IMG/VR virus record: IMGVR_UViG_3300048769_000079
Location: 1 to 55,549 of that record
DNA: 55,549 bases
From: a virus
Lineage: Duplodnaviria; Caudoviricetes
Strand: one strand, 5' to 3'
The notes under the pieces were generated by a model. That model saw only the letters and a list, made by a program, of their open reading frames with translations, was not told the DNA's origin and made no database searches. Positions within the stretch are counted from its first letter, which is position 1. Each line of letters opens with the position of its first letter. Shown piece by piece: positions 37,937-48,225 of the stretch. Made by a program: the position numbers and the translations under genes.

Positions 37937-39013
37937 ATGAAAATCTTTAACATCGATCAGCACATCTCCGTAGTGGCTGACCTGAAGAAAATCTACGGAG
38001 ATTTAGGACATACAATTGACGACGTATGCCTAAGCGGGCACGCCCCGATAATGGGGCGCAAGGTTGATAGCGTTCCAATGCTTGACGGAAATAAGTGGTG
38101 CGGGTTCGTACAGCGGAAAGCCTGGGATGAATTTTCTAAAACCTATCCTTTACTTGAGGACTATGATGCGTATCTTTGTTGTTATCCGCCAATCTTTTCA
38201 TATCTATACAAAAACTTTTCAAAACCAATCATTATTGATATTCCGATCCGTTATGAATACCCGTGTCAAAGTTCGCCGGAAGATTGGGAAGACTTTAATC
38301 GATATTTACAGGAAGGCGTTGACTCCGGTAGAATATTTTTAGTTGCTAATAATTATTATGATAAACTTTATACGGAGCACTTCCTCCAGCGCTCTGTCGA
38401 GTGGATTCCTTCACTCTGCGAGTATACCGGGATGCACTACGCGCCAAAGCGTAACGAATTCTTAGTTCGTTCGGCCTGTCCGTATCGGGAATTCGACGGA
38501 ACGTTTTTTAAAACCAAGAATCAGGTTTTACCTTTTGGGCACCCGTGGCAAGCGGTTGCGGAGTATAGCGCCGTGGTTCACTTTCCGTATAACGCTTCTA
38601 CCATGTCAACGTTTGAGGAATACTCGGCGAACGTTCCTATTTTTTGCCCTTCGCTTGATTTTCTAATTGAACTGTTCCAATATAACGATAATAAAACATA
38701 TCGGGTAATGGAGCAAACCTCGTGGAATTCAACATTCGGACGTCCAGCGGGTTCGGTTATTCCAACAAGCCCGAAGCAGGACCCGAACAATTTTAAAGAT
38801 ATTGAATCCGTAAAGCATTGGATGCAATTTGCGGATTACTATTATACGAACGCAATGCCGCATATTATTTATTTCAATTCCTTTGATGAATTGTTTTATA
38901 AAGCGCTTCATACTGATTTACAAGCAGTAAGTAATAAAATGAAACAATTTAATATTGAACGCCATGCAAATGTTTACTCGGCTTGGGATAAGCTTTTAAG
39001 GAGGGTGAAATGA
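37937..39013 (+). CDS. Putative glycosyltransferase (GT-B-like)
   Basis: NIDQHISV, RYE, HFPY..STM..FE.Y..NVPIF.PS; cluster context. Confidence 0.55.
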   Translation: MKIFNIDQHISVVADLKKIYGDLGHTIDDVCLSGHAPIMGRKVDSVPMLDGNKWCGFVQRKAWDEFSKTYPLLEDYDAYLCCYPPIFSYLYKNFSKPIIIDIPIRYEYPCQSSPEDWEDFNRYLQEGVDSGRIFLVANNYYDKLYTEHFLQRSVEWIPSLCEYTGMHYAPKRNEFLVRSACPYREFDGTFFKTKNQVLPFGHPWQAVAEYSAVVHFPYNASTMSTFEEYSANVPIFCPSLDFLIELFQYNDNKTYRVMEQTSWNSTFGRPAGSVIPTSPKQDPNNFKDIESVKHWMQFADYYYTNAMPHIIYFNSFDELFYKALHTDLQAVSNKMKQFNIERHANVYSAWDKLLRRVK

Positions 39014-40455
39014 TACACGATTGCGTCTTTGAAAGTAAATCAGAACTCTATACCGATGGTTATAAGGCTTACGACTTTTGTAAAGCTATTCCCGAAACGG
39101 CATATCCGAAGAAAACCTTACTTCATTTTTATTGGAGGGTGCCACGGGAGTTTGACCGTAAACCACTACTTGCATTAAAAGCGGCAATTATATCACAAAA
39201 CCTTCAAAACGTCCAGATCGTACTTTGGTCAAATGTTGACTTAACGCAAAACGAACTTATTGCGCCGCTTTTACGGCATATTAAGTTTTGTATTTATGAT
39301 CCAATAAAAGAAGCCGTCGGCACGCCGCTGGAAGGAAGTCGCCTCGTGACCCGCGATGATGATAATAACTGGCTTGGCGGTGACTTATTTCGTTTGTTAA
39401 TCCTTTACAAATACGGCGGAGTTTATGTAGACTGCGATATGGTTCTTTTGCGCGACCTCGCACCGTTGCTTGAACAGGAGTTCATGTATCAGTGGGGGAC
39501 GGAAACCGATAAAATTAACGGTGCAATAATGCGCATGTTTGCCGGTTCGCAACTCGCGGCGGATTGCTTGACGATGCTCCCTAAGATGCCCGCAGGTTTT
39601 AACTCTACTGATTGGGGATCAACATTATATGGAGAAGTTAGAAAATTCAATAAAAATTGGACCGTCTTCCCCTGCGCATTTTTTAACACTGAATGGCAGC
39701 TCTTTATTAATATGGGGGAATCCGCCCATCCGTTCAAAAACGGTTCGGACTCTAATAAAATGTTTCCTGGCGCTTTCGCCTGGCATTGGCATAATAAGTG
39801 GGACTCCGAAATTGAAGAAGGTTCAAAGTTCACGCGCCTCGAAAAGATTGTAAATGATAAATACTCAAGTTGCTTTAATTACGTCGTAGATCATTCCGCG
39901 CCGCACCTCGGCGGGAACTACGGCGGCGGTGATCCGGGGACTTTCTTTCCAGCGCTTTGGCACTGGCTCGTTGAAACGTTAAGTATAAAAACCGTGCTTG
40001 ATGTTGGCTGCGGGGAGGGCTTCGCAGTACAATGGTTTTTAGAGCATGGCGTAAGAGCGATGGGGATTGATGGTTTACCTAATAATATCGAATCCGCACA
40101 ATCGCGCGGCCTAAAAACTTGCTTTGTCTGTGACTTGACTAAATCAGATTTTTTAGTAAAGCCTATTGCGGATTTAATTTGGTGTTGTGAAGTTGTTGAA
40201 CATATCGAAGAGAAATTTTTACCTAATTTAATCAAAACCTTTCAGGGTGGAAAATACGTCGCAATGACCCACGCGCTGCCGGGGCAGGAAGGTTGGCACC
40301 ATGTAAACTGCCAAGGCACGCTCTATTGGATGGAAAAAATGGAAAAGGCGGGCTTTAAACTTATGCCCGAACATACGCTTGCGGCACGAAAAACGACCGG
40401 AAATAACAGCTGGTTTGATAAAACAGGAATGGTGTTTAAAAATACGGCTATATAA
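39010..40455 (+). CDS. GT32-like (DXD) glycosyltransferase fused to SAM methyltransferase
   Basis: DLFRL..LYKYGGVYVDCD; then VLDVGCGEG, EVVEH, HHVN. Confidence 0.85.
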   Translation: MIHDCVFESKSELYTDGYKAYDFCKAIPETAYPKKTLLHFYWRVPREFDRKPLLALKAAIISQNLQNVQIVLWSNVDLTQNELIAPLLRHIKFCIYDPIKEAVGTPLEGSRLVTRDDDNNWLGGDLFRLLILYKYGGVYVDCDMVLLRDLAPLLEQEFMYQWGTETDKINGAIMRMFAGSQLAADCLTMLPKMPAGFNSTDWGSTLYGEVRKFNKNWTVFPCAFFNTEWQLFINMGESAHPFKNGSDSNKMFPGAFAWHWHNKWDSEIEEGSKFTRLEKIVNDKYSSCFNYVVDHSAPHLGGNYGGGDPGTFFPALWHWLVETLSIKTVLDVGCGEGFAVQWFLEHGVRAMGIDGLPNNIESAQSRGLKTCFVCDLTKSDFLVKPIADLIWCCEVVEHIEEKFLPNLIKTFQGGKYVAMTHALPGQEGWHHVNCQGTLYWMEKMEKAGFKLMPEHTLAARKTTGNNSWFDKTGMVFKNTAI

Positions 40456-40544
40456 TACGATTTAAACCGCTTAAATAGACAGTATTTAACGGTCACGGCC
40501 TAAGGGTCGTAGAAACCTATTAAAACGAGGGACAGGTCTTTAAA

Positions 40545-41378
40545 ATGTACGCTTTTAACTTTTTACGCGAAGTCATTCACGGCGATAAATTCCGCGCCGC
40601 TGCGGATATAATCATTGACGGAGAACCGACTTTTGAACAGGCGAAATTTTTAATGGAAAATAACGCCGTTGTGTTTTGCAAAACGGATTATCTTTTCATG
40701 CTTTTTGAAATTCTTTTACATAGTACAAAAAAATATATCTTAATTACACATAATTCAGATTTTACAATAGGCAAAGGTAATTTCGATATACGACCTTCCT
40801 GCGTCATCAAATGGTATGGGCTCAATGTTGGCATGAAGAATAATAATTTGATCCCTATTCCCAGCGGAATGGAACGCCCGCTGGGTGGCGGGTATTCTTC
40901 GGACGCGACCATTTTGAATGATCAGTGGAAACGACCGCGTGAAAATCAAAACCTCGTTTACATGAACCATAACGCAAATAATAACCACGGTGCGCGCGAT
41001 TTCGTTACGGCGCATCTAAAAGATCAGCCGTGGGTAACCTGGAGGCCGCATGGACAATCGTTTGAAAGTTTTATTATTAACTGTTATAGTCATAAGTTTG
41101 TCGTGTCTCCTCCCGGCAATGGAATTGATTGTCATCGGACATGGGAAGCCCTTTACATGGGTGCTATTCCTATCGTCAAGCGTAGCGTGCTTATTGAGTC
41201 TTTTTCTGATTTGCCGATGCTCGTTGTAGAGGACTGGTCCGTACTAACCGAAGAACTTTTAAATATCGTTTGGGACGAATTTCAAGCACGGGAATTTAAC
41301 TATGAAAAGCTGACTTTATCTTATTGGTTAAACCGTATTATTAAGGATAAACTTGAACTTTTGGAGGGCGAAGAATGA
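40545..41378 (+). CDS. Exostosin/GT47-like glycosyltransferase
   Basis: LITHNSD, KFVVSPPGNGIDCHRTWEALYMGAIP. Confidence 0.8.
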   Translation: MYAFNFLREVIHGDKFRAAADIIIDGEPTFEQAKFLMENNAVVFCKTDYLFMLFEILLHSTKKYILITHNSDFTIGKGNFDIRPSCVIKWYGLNVGMKNNNLIPIPSGMERPLGGGYSSDATILNDQWKRPRENQNLVYMNHNANNNHGARDFVTAHLKDQPWVTWRPHGQSFESFIINCYSHKFVVSPPGNGIDCHRTWEALYMGAIPIVKRSVLIESFSDLPMLVVEDWSVLTEELLNIVWDEFQAREFNYEKLTLSYWLNRIIKDKLELLEGEE

Positions 41379-41950
41379 AACCTAATTTTGACCGTGACCG
41401 ATTCGAGGGTCAGATGAATCCGGCAGAGCGTCAGGCGCTTTATGATTTAGTCATTCAAATAAAGCCGGAAATCGTTTGTGAAGTTGGAACGTGTCGTGGA
41501 GGCGGATCGACGTATTTCATTTCCAGCGCTTTGGAGGAGAATAAAAAGGGTTTACTTTATACTTGTGAAAACAATGACGAATTTTATGAATATGCTGTAA
41601 ACCTCTACGAGACAAATGATGAATTTATACCATTAAAAAAATATGTAATTCTTTGTAAAGGCTCAAGCTTCGAAGTTTACGATTTGGTTTTTAAAGTATT
41701 GGAAGAAAAGAAAATTGACATCGTTTTTCTTGACGGCGGAGCGTGTGGGATAACAATGCTTTATGATTTCTGTATGTTTCGCCCGCGTATACCCGTCGGC
41801 GGATTTTTAGCGGCGCACGACTGGGACAACGGGAAAAGCGACTATTTAAAACCCGTAATCAATAATGATGTTGATTTTAAATTTCAAGCGCAAATACTTG
41901 GCTTTGCTATTTATCAACGTATACAAGACGTACATAACCAGAACACTTAA
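41375..41950 (+). CDS. Class I SAM O-methyltransferase (Methyltransf_24-like)
   Basis: EVGTCRGGGST, DIVFLDG, GGFLAAHD. Confidence 0.8.
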   Translation: MKPNFDRDRFEGQMNPAERQALYDLVIQIKPEIVCEVGTCRGGGSTYFISSALEENKKGLLYTCENNDEFYEYAVNLYETNDEFIPLKKYVILCKGSSFEVYDLVFKVLEEKKIDIVFLDGGACGITMLYDFCMFRPRIPVGGFLAAHDWDNGKSDYLKPVINNDVDFKFQAQILGFAIYQRIQDVHNQNT

Positions 41951-41971
41951 TTTTTTTTTACGGAGGGCAGT

Positions 41972-43111
41972 ATGATTTCTTTAGCTTTGAATATGATCTT
42001 AGGTCCAGGGGACGGGAAGGTTGCCCGACGCTTCTTTTCGTCTTACGATATGCGAACGCTTTTTGACGAAATCGTAATCATCAATACCTGCGAAAAAGAT
42101 GACGAGGAGGTTCGTAACGTTATTTCGCAGTACGCAGACCGAACGGGAAACTATAAATGGGGAACAGGGGACTTTGCCGGGGCGCGAAATATGGCGCTCG
42201 CAATGACGCTTTCCCAGTATGCAATGTGGATAGATTCGGACGACTTGATTGAACTGAATGGTATTGATATTGTCTTTAGAAAAATCCACGAAGTTATTAC
42301 CGTTAATCCAAATATAGATTTTTTTGTTGCACCGTATATCCTTAAAGTAAATCCAGACGGAACGCCGGGAAGTGTTTTTGCCCGCGAACGAATTATTAAA
42401 AAGGCTTCGGGTATCAAATGGACGAACAAAATACATGAGCAATTGACTATAGTTACTGATATGCATAAGCGGGCTGATCTTGAGGGTTTACATATAATAC
42501 ATTGCCCGGTGAAAACCTCATTGGATGGGTTGGCAAGAAATTTAAAAATCCTTGAACATGAATACTTGAGCGACCCGACGAACAGACATTACGCCTTTTA
42601 CTTTGCACGAGACTTAGCACAGGATAACCAATGGCCGCAAGCGGCGGTAATCCTTACGGATTTTATAAACGAAACCAGTGACGATCTTTCCAACGTTTAT
42701 GAGGCGTGTTTGATACTTGCAAAATTCTATCTTTACAAACAAACACCGAATGCCGATTCGCTTTGCAAAACCACCGTACCGCTTACGGAACGGTATTTAA
42801 GAATTAGTTTTGCCTTAACACAGGACAACGCCGAACCTCTTGTAATACTGGGGGATAACCGCGTTGCGCAAAAGCTGGAAAAGGAAGCAATTCGGCTTTA
42901 TGAATCCGCGATAAGTAAAAAGTTTGGAACCGGCGCTTTACAAGATAAGGCATACTATGAAGACCTTCCTTCCCAGCGCCTGGCGTCGCTTTATTTAAAG
43001 GCAAAAGAGTTGGAAAAATCTCTTTGGTATAATAAGGTCGCTTTAAAGCATCACCCGGAAGATACCTTTTTACTAAGTCAAAGAAAGCAAATTATAAATG
43101 ATCTCCGTTAA
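41972..43111 (+). CDS. GT2 + TPR protein glycosyltransferase (SunS/flagellin-GT-like)
   Basis: DFAGARN, WIDSDD, RER, W...IHE, RNLKILE, TPR helices. Confidence 0.85.
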   Translation: MISLALNMILGPGDGKVARRFFSSYDMRTLFDEIVIINTCEKDDEEVRNVISQYADRTGNYKWGTGDFAGARNMALAMTLSQYAMWIDSDDLIELNGIDIVFRKIHEVITVNPNIDFFVAPYILKVNPDGTPGSVFARERIIKKASGIKWTNKIHEQLTIVTDMHKRADLEGLHIIHCPVKTSLDGLARNLKILEHEYLSDPTNRHYAFYFARDLAQDNQWPQAAVILTDFINETSDDLSNVYEACLILAKFYLYKQTPNADSLCKTTVPLTERYLRISFALTQDNAEPLVILGDNRVAQKLEKEAIRLYESAISKKFGTGALQDKAYYEDLPSQRLASLYLKAKELEKSLWYNKVALKHHPEDTFLLSQRKQIINDLR

Positions 43112-43592
43112 AGACAATATTATCGACGCAGTGCAATACGGTTTATCAACCATTGCCATAGCGTCCGGGTATAATAACACAGTTGTAAATGCTTATAGTC
43201 CTCCGGTTGAACTTTCGGCGGTTCAAGGCACGCCAAGTATTAATATCTATGAAGGAACGGATAGTTGTTCAAATACAATCAGGCCGGGTGCACATACACA
43301 AACCGGCGGAAATCAAGCAAAGCTTTTTAATGGTTTTATACTTGATTTACAATGTATAATGAACGTAGTAGATAGTCCGCGTAAGGCGCGTAATAGTTTT
43401 ATAGCGGATGTGCAAAAGTATTTTGGTTTACATTGGAATGTACCGGATTTAAACGGAGTTCCAACGGCGTTTAATTGTATGTATCATTCAAGCACGCCGT
43501 GGGGACAATTAGCAAATTCACCGCAATTTGGGTTTGATATTTGGTTTCAGGTTTGGTATACGCAGTATTTAACTGATCCGACTAAACAATAG
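43098..43592 (+). CDS. Tail terminator-like protein
   Basis: Size, PSINIYEG motif, position before the tail tube. Confidence 0.55.
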   Translation: MISVKDNIIDAVQYGLSTIAIASGYNNTVVNAYSPPVELSAVQGTPSINIYEGTDSCSNTIRPGAHTQTGGNQAKLFNGFILDLQCIMNVVDSPRKARNSFIADVQKYFGLHWNVPDLNGVPTAFNCMYHSSTPWGQLANSPQFGFDIWFQVWYTQYLTDPTKQ

Positions 43593-43624
43593 TTATCAAA
43601 GAGGGTTTGATTTACATATAAGGA

Positions 43625-44632
43625 GTGTTTACAATGAGCAATAGCATGTTAGAAATCAAGCGTACGATGGGGTGCCGAATTGAGAGCACTCCTTATACGC
43701 AAGAAAGCCCTCTCAACGGAGGAGATTACAACGTTGCGGTGTATGGTATTAATTATGACCCGGATATTGCAATGTACGCCCGGAAACTTGCGCGCGGCGA
43801 CGCGTCAAAGGATTTACAAATTCCAGGTACACGGAAAATAAAGATTACGTTTTCTGTTGATATGTGCGTCGGCATCAACGCATACACGCCTCCAAACTAT
43901 TGGAAGCTTTTACGCGCTTGCGGATTGAAGCAGGTCATTTATAATACGACCGGATGCGCGCTTATCCCCGATTCACGATATTTTAACGTTCCCGTGACGA
44001 TTGAGGTCGTAGAAATGGCCGAAGGTATTTCTCCTTTACAAATTGTCATTGCGGCACGCGGCTGCATGGGAACGGTAAAAAAGACAAGCAGCGGTGTTGG
44101 ACTTCCTGCAAAACTTGAATTCGACTTTACCGGTGTACTCGTTGGGATTTCCGAACGGACTTTTGCAAACCAAATCATGCCCACGGGTTGGGATGCGGCG
44201 CTCCCCCAGGCCGTGCTTGCATGTACGACGTCTCTCTACGGCGTATCTCAGATGTTTGATAAAATAACGCTTGACGTGGGGAATAACCTCGAAGTTTTTA
44301 AAGATCCAACACGCGCCGAAGGTTTTGAAGGTACGCGTATCGTGGATCGAACTCCGATGCTCGAAATTGACCCCGCTCTACAGCCCGTAAGCGTTCAAGA
44401 TATGTATAATAACCTTTTAGCCAACGGGCAATCTCCCGGCGCGTATTCGGAAACTATTGGTAGCGGCGGATCGTCGGGAATTTCCTTAACGATTACCGCG
44501 CCAAAAGCCCAGGTCATTGCATCGAATAAACCGGGAAATCGTGAGGGTCGCGTCACGAACAACGTGAAATGTTTACTTACGCGTAACTTAGGAAACGACG
44601 AATTTATGATTTTACAGGGCACAATAAGCTAA
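43625..44632 (+). CDS. Major tail tube protein
   Basis: IESTPY, LLRACG, LEFDFTG; position. Confidence 0.75.
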   Translation: MFTMSNSMLEIKRTMGCRIESTPYTQESPLNGGDYNVAVYGINYDPDIAMYARKLARGDASKDLQIPGTRKIKITFSVDMCVGINAYTPPNYWKLLRACGLKQVIYNTTGCALIPDSRYFNVPVTIEVVEMAEGISPLQIVIAARGCMGTVKKTSSGVGLPAKLEFDFTGVLVGISERTFANQIMPTGWDAALPQAVLACTTSLYGVSQMFDKITLDVGNNLEVFKDPTRAEGFEGTRIVDRTPMLEIDPALQPVSVQDMYNNLLANGQSPGAYSETIGSGGSSGISLTITAPKAQVIASNKPGNREGRVTNNVKCLLTRNLGNDEFMILQGTIS

Positions 44633-44734
44633 AACCAAACGATGTGAATACGTTGGGGACGGGGTTTTCCTTAGGGGACGCTGCCCTCGCCTCCCCTACC
44701 CCAGCGTACCACATTTATTTTTAAGGAGGGTATA

Positions 44735-45199
44735 GTGGAAGAAAAAATTATCATGCTTACAGACGAGATAAAAGCAAAACTTAAAGCGGGCGGAATGCTC
44801 GGCTTTGATGTTGAGACACCTTTTAAATGGGTGCCTAAGTTTTACCGTGATGCAAAGAACAACATCCCAAAAAGCTACTGGCCCATCTTTACGCTTCGGA
44901 GTCGCAACGGTATTGAACTTGCCGAAGCCGAAGACGGTATGGGATATATAAATCTTGACGCGTCCGAGGGGCGAAAATATGTAATAGATTCCGGCAAAGA
45001 TCGACTTAATGCTTTACGAACCGGACTTGTTTCTTTTAAAAATTATCGACTTGCAAATGATAAAGTAATTGAAATGAAAGCCGGAGAAGACTCGGACCAG
45101 TTCATAAAACTTTTTACCCCAACTTTACAAACCGAAATGAAGCGCGCAATAGATCAACGTTCAGAACTGACCGCCGAGGAATTGTTAGGTTTAGAATAG
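44735..45199 (+). CDS. Tail assembly chaperone (gpG-like)
   Basis: Between tube and TMP; ends SELTAEELLGLE. Confidence 0.65.
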   Translation: MEEKIIMLTDEIKAKLKAGGMLGFDVETPFKWVPKFYRDAKNNIPKSYWPIFTLRSRNGIELAEAEDGMGYINLDASEGRKYVIDSGKDRLNALRTGLVSFKNYRLANDKVIEMKAGEDSDQFIKLFTPTLQTEMKRAIDQRSELTAEELLGLE

Positions 45200-45207
45200 C
45201 AGCGGGG

Positions 45208-45549
45208 ATGCTTTCGGGATTTTTTAAAGGAAAGTATGATTGTACAAAATGCAAAATCAACAAAAACTTCCCGGAAGTCTGGGGCTGCAACGGCACGGCT
45301 CGAATGGCAATTCCCACATTCGAGTGGGTTGAAAACAACATACATTATAAATTGCGGAGTTGTCCGCGAAGGTTTATTCCGGCAAGCGTGGAAAAGTTTT
45401 ATATGATTTACAAATATTACTTCAAAGATTTTCCCACGGCACCGATGCCGGGTATTCATGACGTTTCGCTCCGGTTCTTGACAGCTTATAGGGCGTTCAA
45501 TAACTTTAAGCACGAGTACGAAGAGGTTGTCAATGAGCGACACAATTGA
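45208..45549 (+). CDS. Tail chaperone extension (gpT-like), probably via -1 frameshift
   Basis: -1 frame is open across the upstream stop; CTKC...WGC...CP. Confidence 0.55.
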   Translation: MLSGFFKGKYDCTKCKINKNFPEVWGCNGTARMAIPTFEWVENNIHYKLRSCPRRFIPASVEKFYMIYKYYFKDFPTAPMPGIHDVSLRFLTAYRAFNNFKHEYEEVVNERHN

Positions 45550-47377
45550 CCTTCCAGCGCTGGAGATGGAGGCGCGGTTAAAAGATTTTATCAGTCAAAA
45601 CATCGATACGATAAATAAGAATATAACCGAGTTTCAAGAAAAATCCACGGAAAGCTTTGGGAAGGTTTCTGCCGCCAGTACAGAAACGGAATCATCTTTT
45701 GATAAACTCAGCGGAGCCGTCAAAGGTCTCGTTGCCGGTTATATTGGATTTGAAGGCGCTAAAAAGGCCCTTGACTTTTTAAACGAGTCCGCCGATAAGG
45801 CACAGGAGAATGTACTTGCACAAACCAAATTAAAAACGGCATTAGGCGGGGACACCACGGCGTTATTAGAGCAGGCCGAAGCTTTGGAAAAAGTAAATCT
45901 GATCGGGCATGTTGAAACCGAACAAGCCGACGCGCGTCTTGCAAACTATGTTAAGGACGAGAGTGCAATCAAAAAACTCATGCCCGTTATCCAGGACTTA
46001 GCTAAAGCAAAAGGCATGGACTTGGCTTCGGCTTCGGACCTTGTGGGCCGTACGATTGATAGTGAGACCGGGACAATGGGCCGTTTACAAATAAAAATTG
46101 ATGGGCTTCCTGGTTCGATGGACCGCGTGAATTCTGCCGTAACGGAATTAAATAAAAAATTCGGCGGACAAGCCGAAGCGCTTGCAAAGGTGGATGACGG
46201 AACACAGCATTTAAAAATTGCTTGGGATAATTTCATGGAATCCGTAGGGGAGAAAATGCTCCCCTTTACAACTAAGCTAAAAAACTTTACCGCTGAGGTT
46301 TTAGGAGCAATGTCGGCTAAACCGGCAACATCCGAACAATTAAACGAAGCCCTAAAGAAAGATGAAGTTGAATTGACGCAAATGACAAAAGGCACTGTTG
46401 AATACGCAAGTAAACTTGAAATAATAGAGAACCTTCGGCGTCGAATTTCAGAAATACCCATGAGTAAAGAACATGGTCAAATGGGACCGCCAAAACCTGA
46501 ACCTAAAATATCCGAACACGGTACGTCGACACCCGCAGAACCCGTAAAAGATTATGATGCTACCGGGGACTATGCCGCGTGGGAAGAACGTGAACGGTCT
46601 CTACACGAAAAGCTCGCGCAGGACGAGGAGAATATTGATCTTAAATCCGCAAAAGATAAACAAAATATGTTAAAAGAGAACGCACTTTATCTTGCGGAAG
46701 CTTTGAAAAAAGAAACACTTTTATATGAAAAGGCAAGTCTTGAATTACAAAAAGATGGACTTGACAAAAACCAACTTGAACTATTAGCAATAAAAGAAAA
46801 ATATGACAAAATGGAAGAAGCCGGTGTAAGTTATACCGAAGCGGAAAAAGCGCGCGCGATGGCAGTCACTAAGGCCTGGCAAACCCACGCTGAAGCCGGA
46901 CTGCATAGTACGGTTACGTCGCTTGACGCGATGTCTAAAAAATGGCATGAGTTTGGCACCGCATATAAAGTAATGTCCGAAGCGGAAAACGTAATTAATA
47001 CCTATAAAGCAGCAACGGCTTCTTATTCCGCGATGGCCGGTATTCCTTACGTGGGCCCGGCGCTCGGTATTGCGGCAGCGGCGGTAGCCGTAGGTGCAGG
47101 TGTTGCTAACGGAGCGGAAATAGCATCTCAGTCCTTTTCCAGCGGTACGGATAACGCGCCGGGCGGCGTGGCAAAGGTTCATAAGGACGAAACGATTTTT
47201 TTACCGGAACATTCGATTGTTAAAACGGCTACAGAGTCTAAAAATAGCGGTGGTGATGTAAATCATTTTCATTTTTATGGCAACGCTGATTCTGCAACTG
47301 TTGACAATATACAATCACTATTGGTTGAAGCAAATCGAACGGGAAAACTTGAACGTTTTAAGGCGGCGATAAAGTGA
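45533..47377 (+). CDS. Tape measure protein
   Basis: Long Ala/Lys/Glu-rich helices, KFGGQA, GIPYVGPALG, FSSGT. Confidence 0.85.
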   Translation: MSDTIDLPALEMEARLKDFISQNIDTINKNITEFQEKSTESFGKVSAASTETESSFDKLSGAVKGLVAGYIGFEGAKKALDFLNESADKAQENVLAQTKLKTALGGDTTALLEQAEALEKVNLIGHVETEQADARLANYVKDESAIKKLMPVIQDLAKAKGMDLASASDLVGRTIDSETGTMGRLQIKIDGLPGSMDRVNSAVTELNKKFGGQAEALAKVDDGTQHLKIAWDNFMESVGEKMLPFTTKLKNFTAEVLGAMSAKPATSEQLNEALKKDEVELTQMTKGTVEYASKLEIIENLRRRISEIPMSKEHGQMGPPKPEPKISEHGTSTPAEPVKDYDATGDYAAWEERERSLHEKLAQDEENIDLKSAKDKQNMLKENALYLAEALKKETLLYEKASLELQKDGLDKNQLELLAIKEKYDKMEEAGVSYTEAEKARAMAVTKAWQTHAEAGLHSTVTSLDAMSKKWHEFGTAYKVMSEAENVINTYKAATASYSAMAGIPYVGPALGIAAAAVAVGAGVANGAEIASQSFSSGTDNAPGGVAKVHKDETIFLPEHSIVKTATESKNSGGDVNHFHFYGNADSATVDNIQSLLVEANRTGKLERFKAAIK

Positions 47378-48219
47378 CGATACCCGATGGCATGTTTGGC
47401 CTAACCGATACGCTTAACAATACGTATTATTTTCCCGTACCCGAATATGGGTATAAATCCGTTATTGAACTGCCGTGGGATATTGACGTTTTAGACACCG
47501 GGTCACATGTTGTTTTTGATCATGGGATTACTTATGATAAATATCGTTGTGATTTTGATTTACTTTTAACACCCGCTCAACAAACAAACCTTAATACTTT
47601 AGTAAAGCATTCGGGGCGTGCAGTAAATACATTAGTTTTCACGATGAACGCGGCTTGTGGGTTTTTTCCCTTTACGCCATTACGCGGGGACGGCGGACCC
47701 TTTACCGTTGCGCTTATGATAACCAAGTCCGAGATTTTTCAAGAAGAGCCGTTCCTTTATTTTAGAGTATCATGCTCAATGCGGAGTATGGGCGCGTGGC
47801 CCGCGTATTCCCTTCCAGCGCAAATTATTGAAGGAAATATGTATATTTGCGGAACCTTTCAAGTTCGATTTCCTCAGGATTGGTTTGACCCTGAAGAGGA
47901 CAATGGAATCTCAAATGACGTCACGGAAAATGGAAATTTAAATTTTATTGACCGTGGACTTTCCGCCGCGTCGTGGCGTACAAAAATGAAATTTAAATGG
48001 GGGACCGGAACGACAGCGGCACTTTTAAATAATTTACTTCCGAGCACACGGGCAACGTGGTTTAATTTAGGGACAACGGCGAATTATTATGCTTTTGGCA
48101 ATGACCGGGGTTCGTCCGGTTCGTACGCAGTAACTCTTATTCAGGATTCTTTAGAATTTGTTCACGATGGTTTTAATCAATTTTCTTTTGATCTTTACGT
48201 TGAATACATTAGCGGATAA
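47374..48219 (+). CDS. Distal tail/hub protein (two similar halves)
   Basis: Follows TMP; FP.P...GD.GPFTV and FP...GSSGSYAV repeats. Confidence 0.5.
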   Translation: MTIPDGMFGLTDTLNNTYYFPVPEYGYKSVIELPWDIDVLDTGSHVVFDHGITYDKYRCDFDLLLTPAQQTNLNTLVKHSGRAVNTLVFTMNAACGFFPFTPLRGDGGPFTVALMITKSEIFQEEPFLYFRVSCSMRSMGAWPAYSLPAQIIEGNMYICGTFQVRFPQDWFDPEEDNGISNDVTENGNLNFIDRGLSAASWRTKMKFKWGTGTTAALLNNLLPSTRATWFNLGTTANYYAFGNDRGSSGSYAVTLIQDSLEFVHDGFNQFSFDLYVEYISG

Positions 48220-48225
48220 AATACT

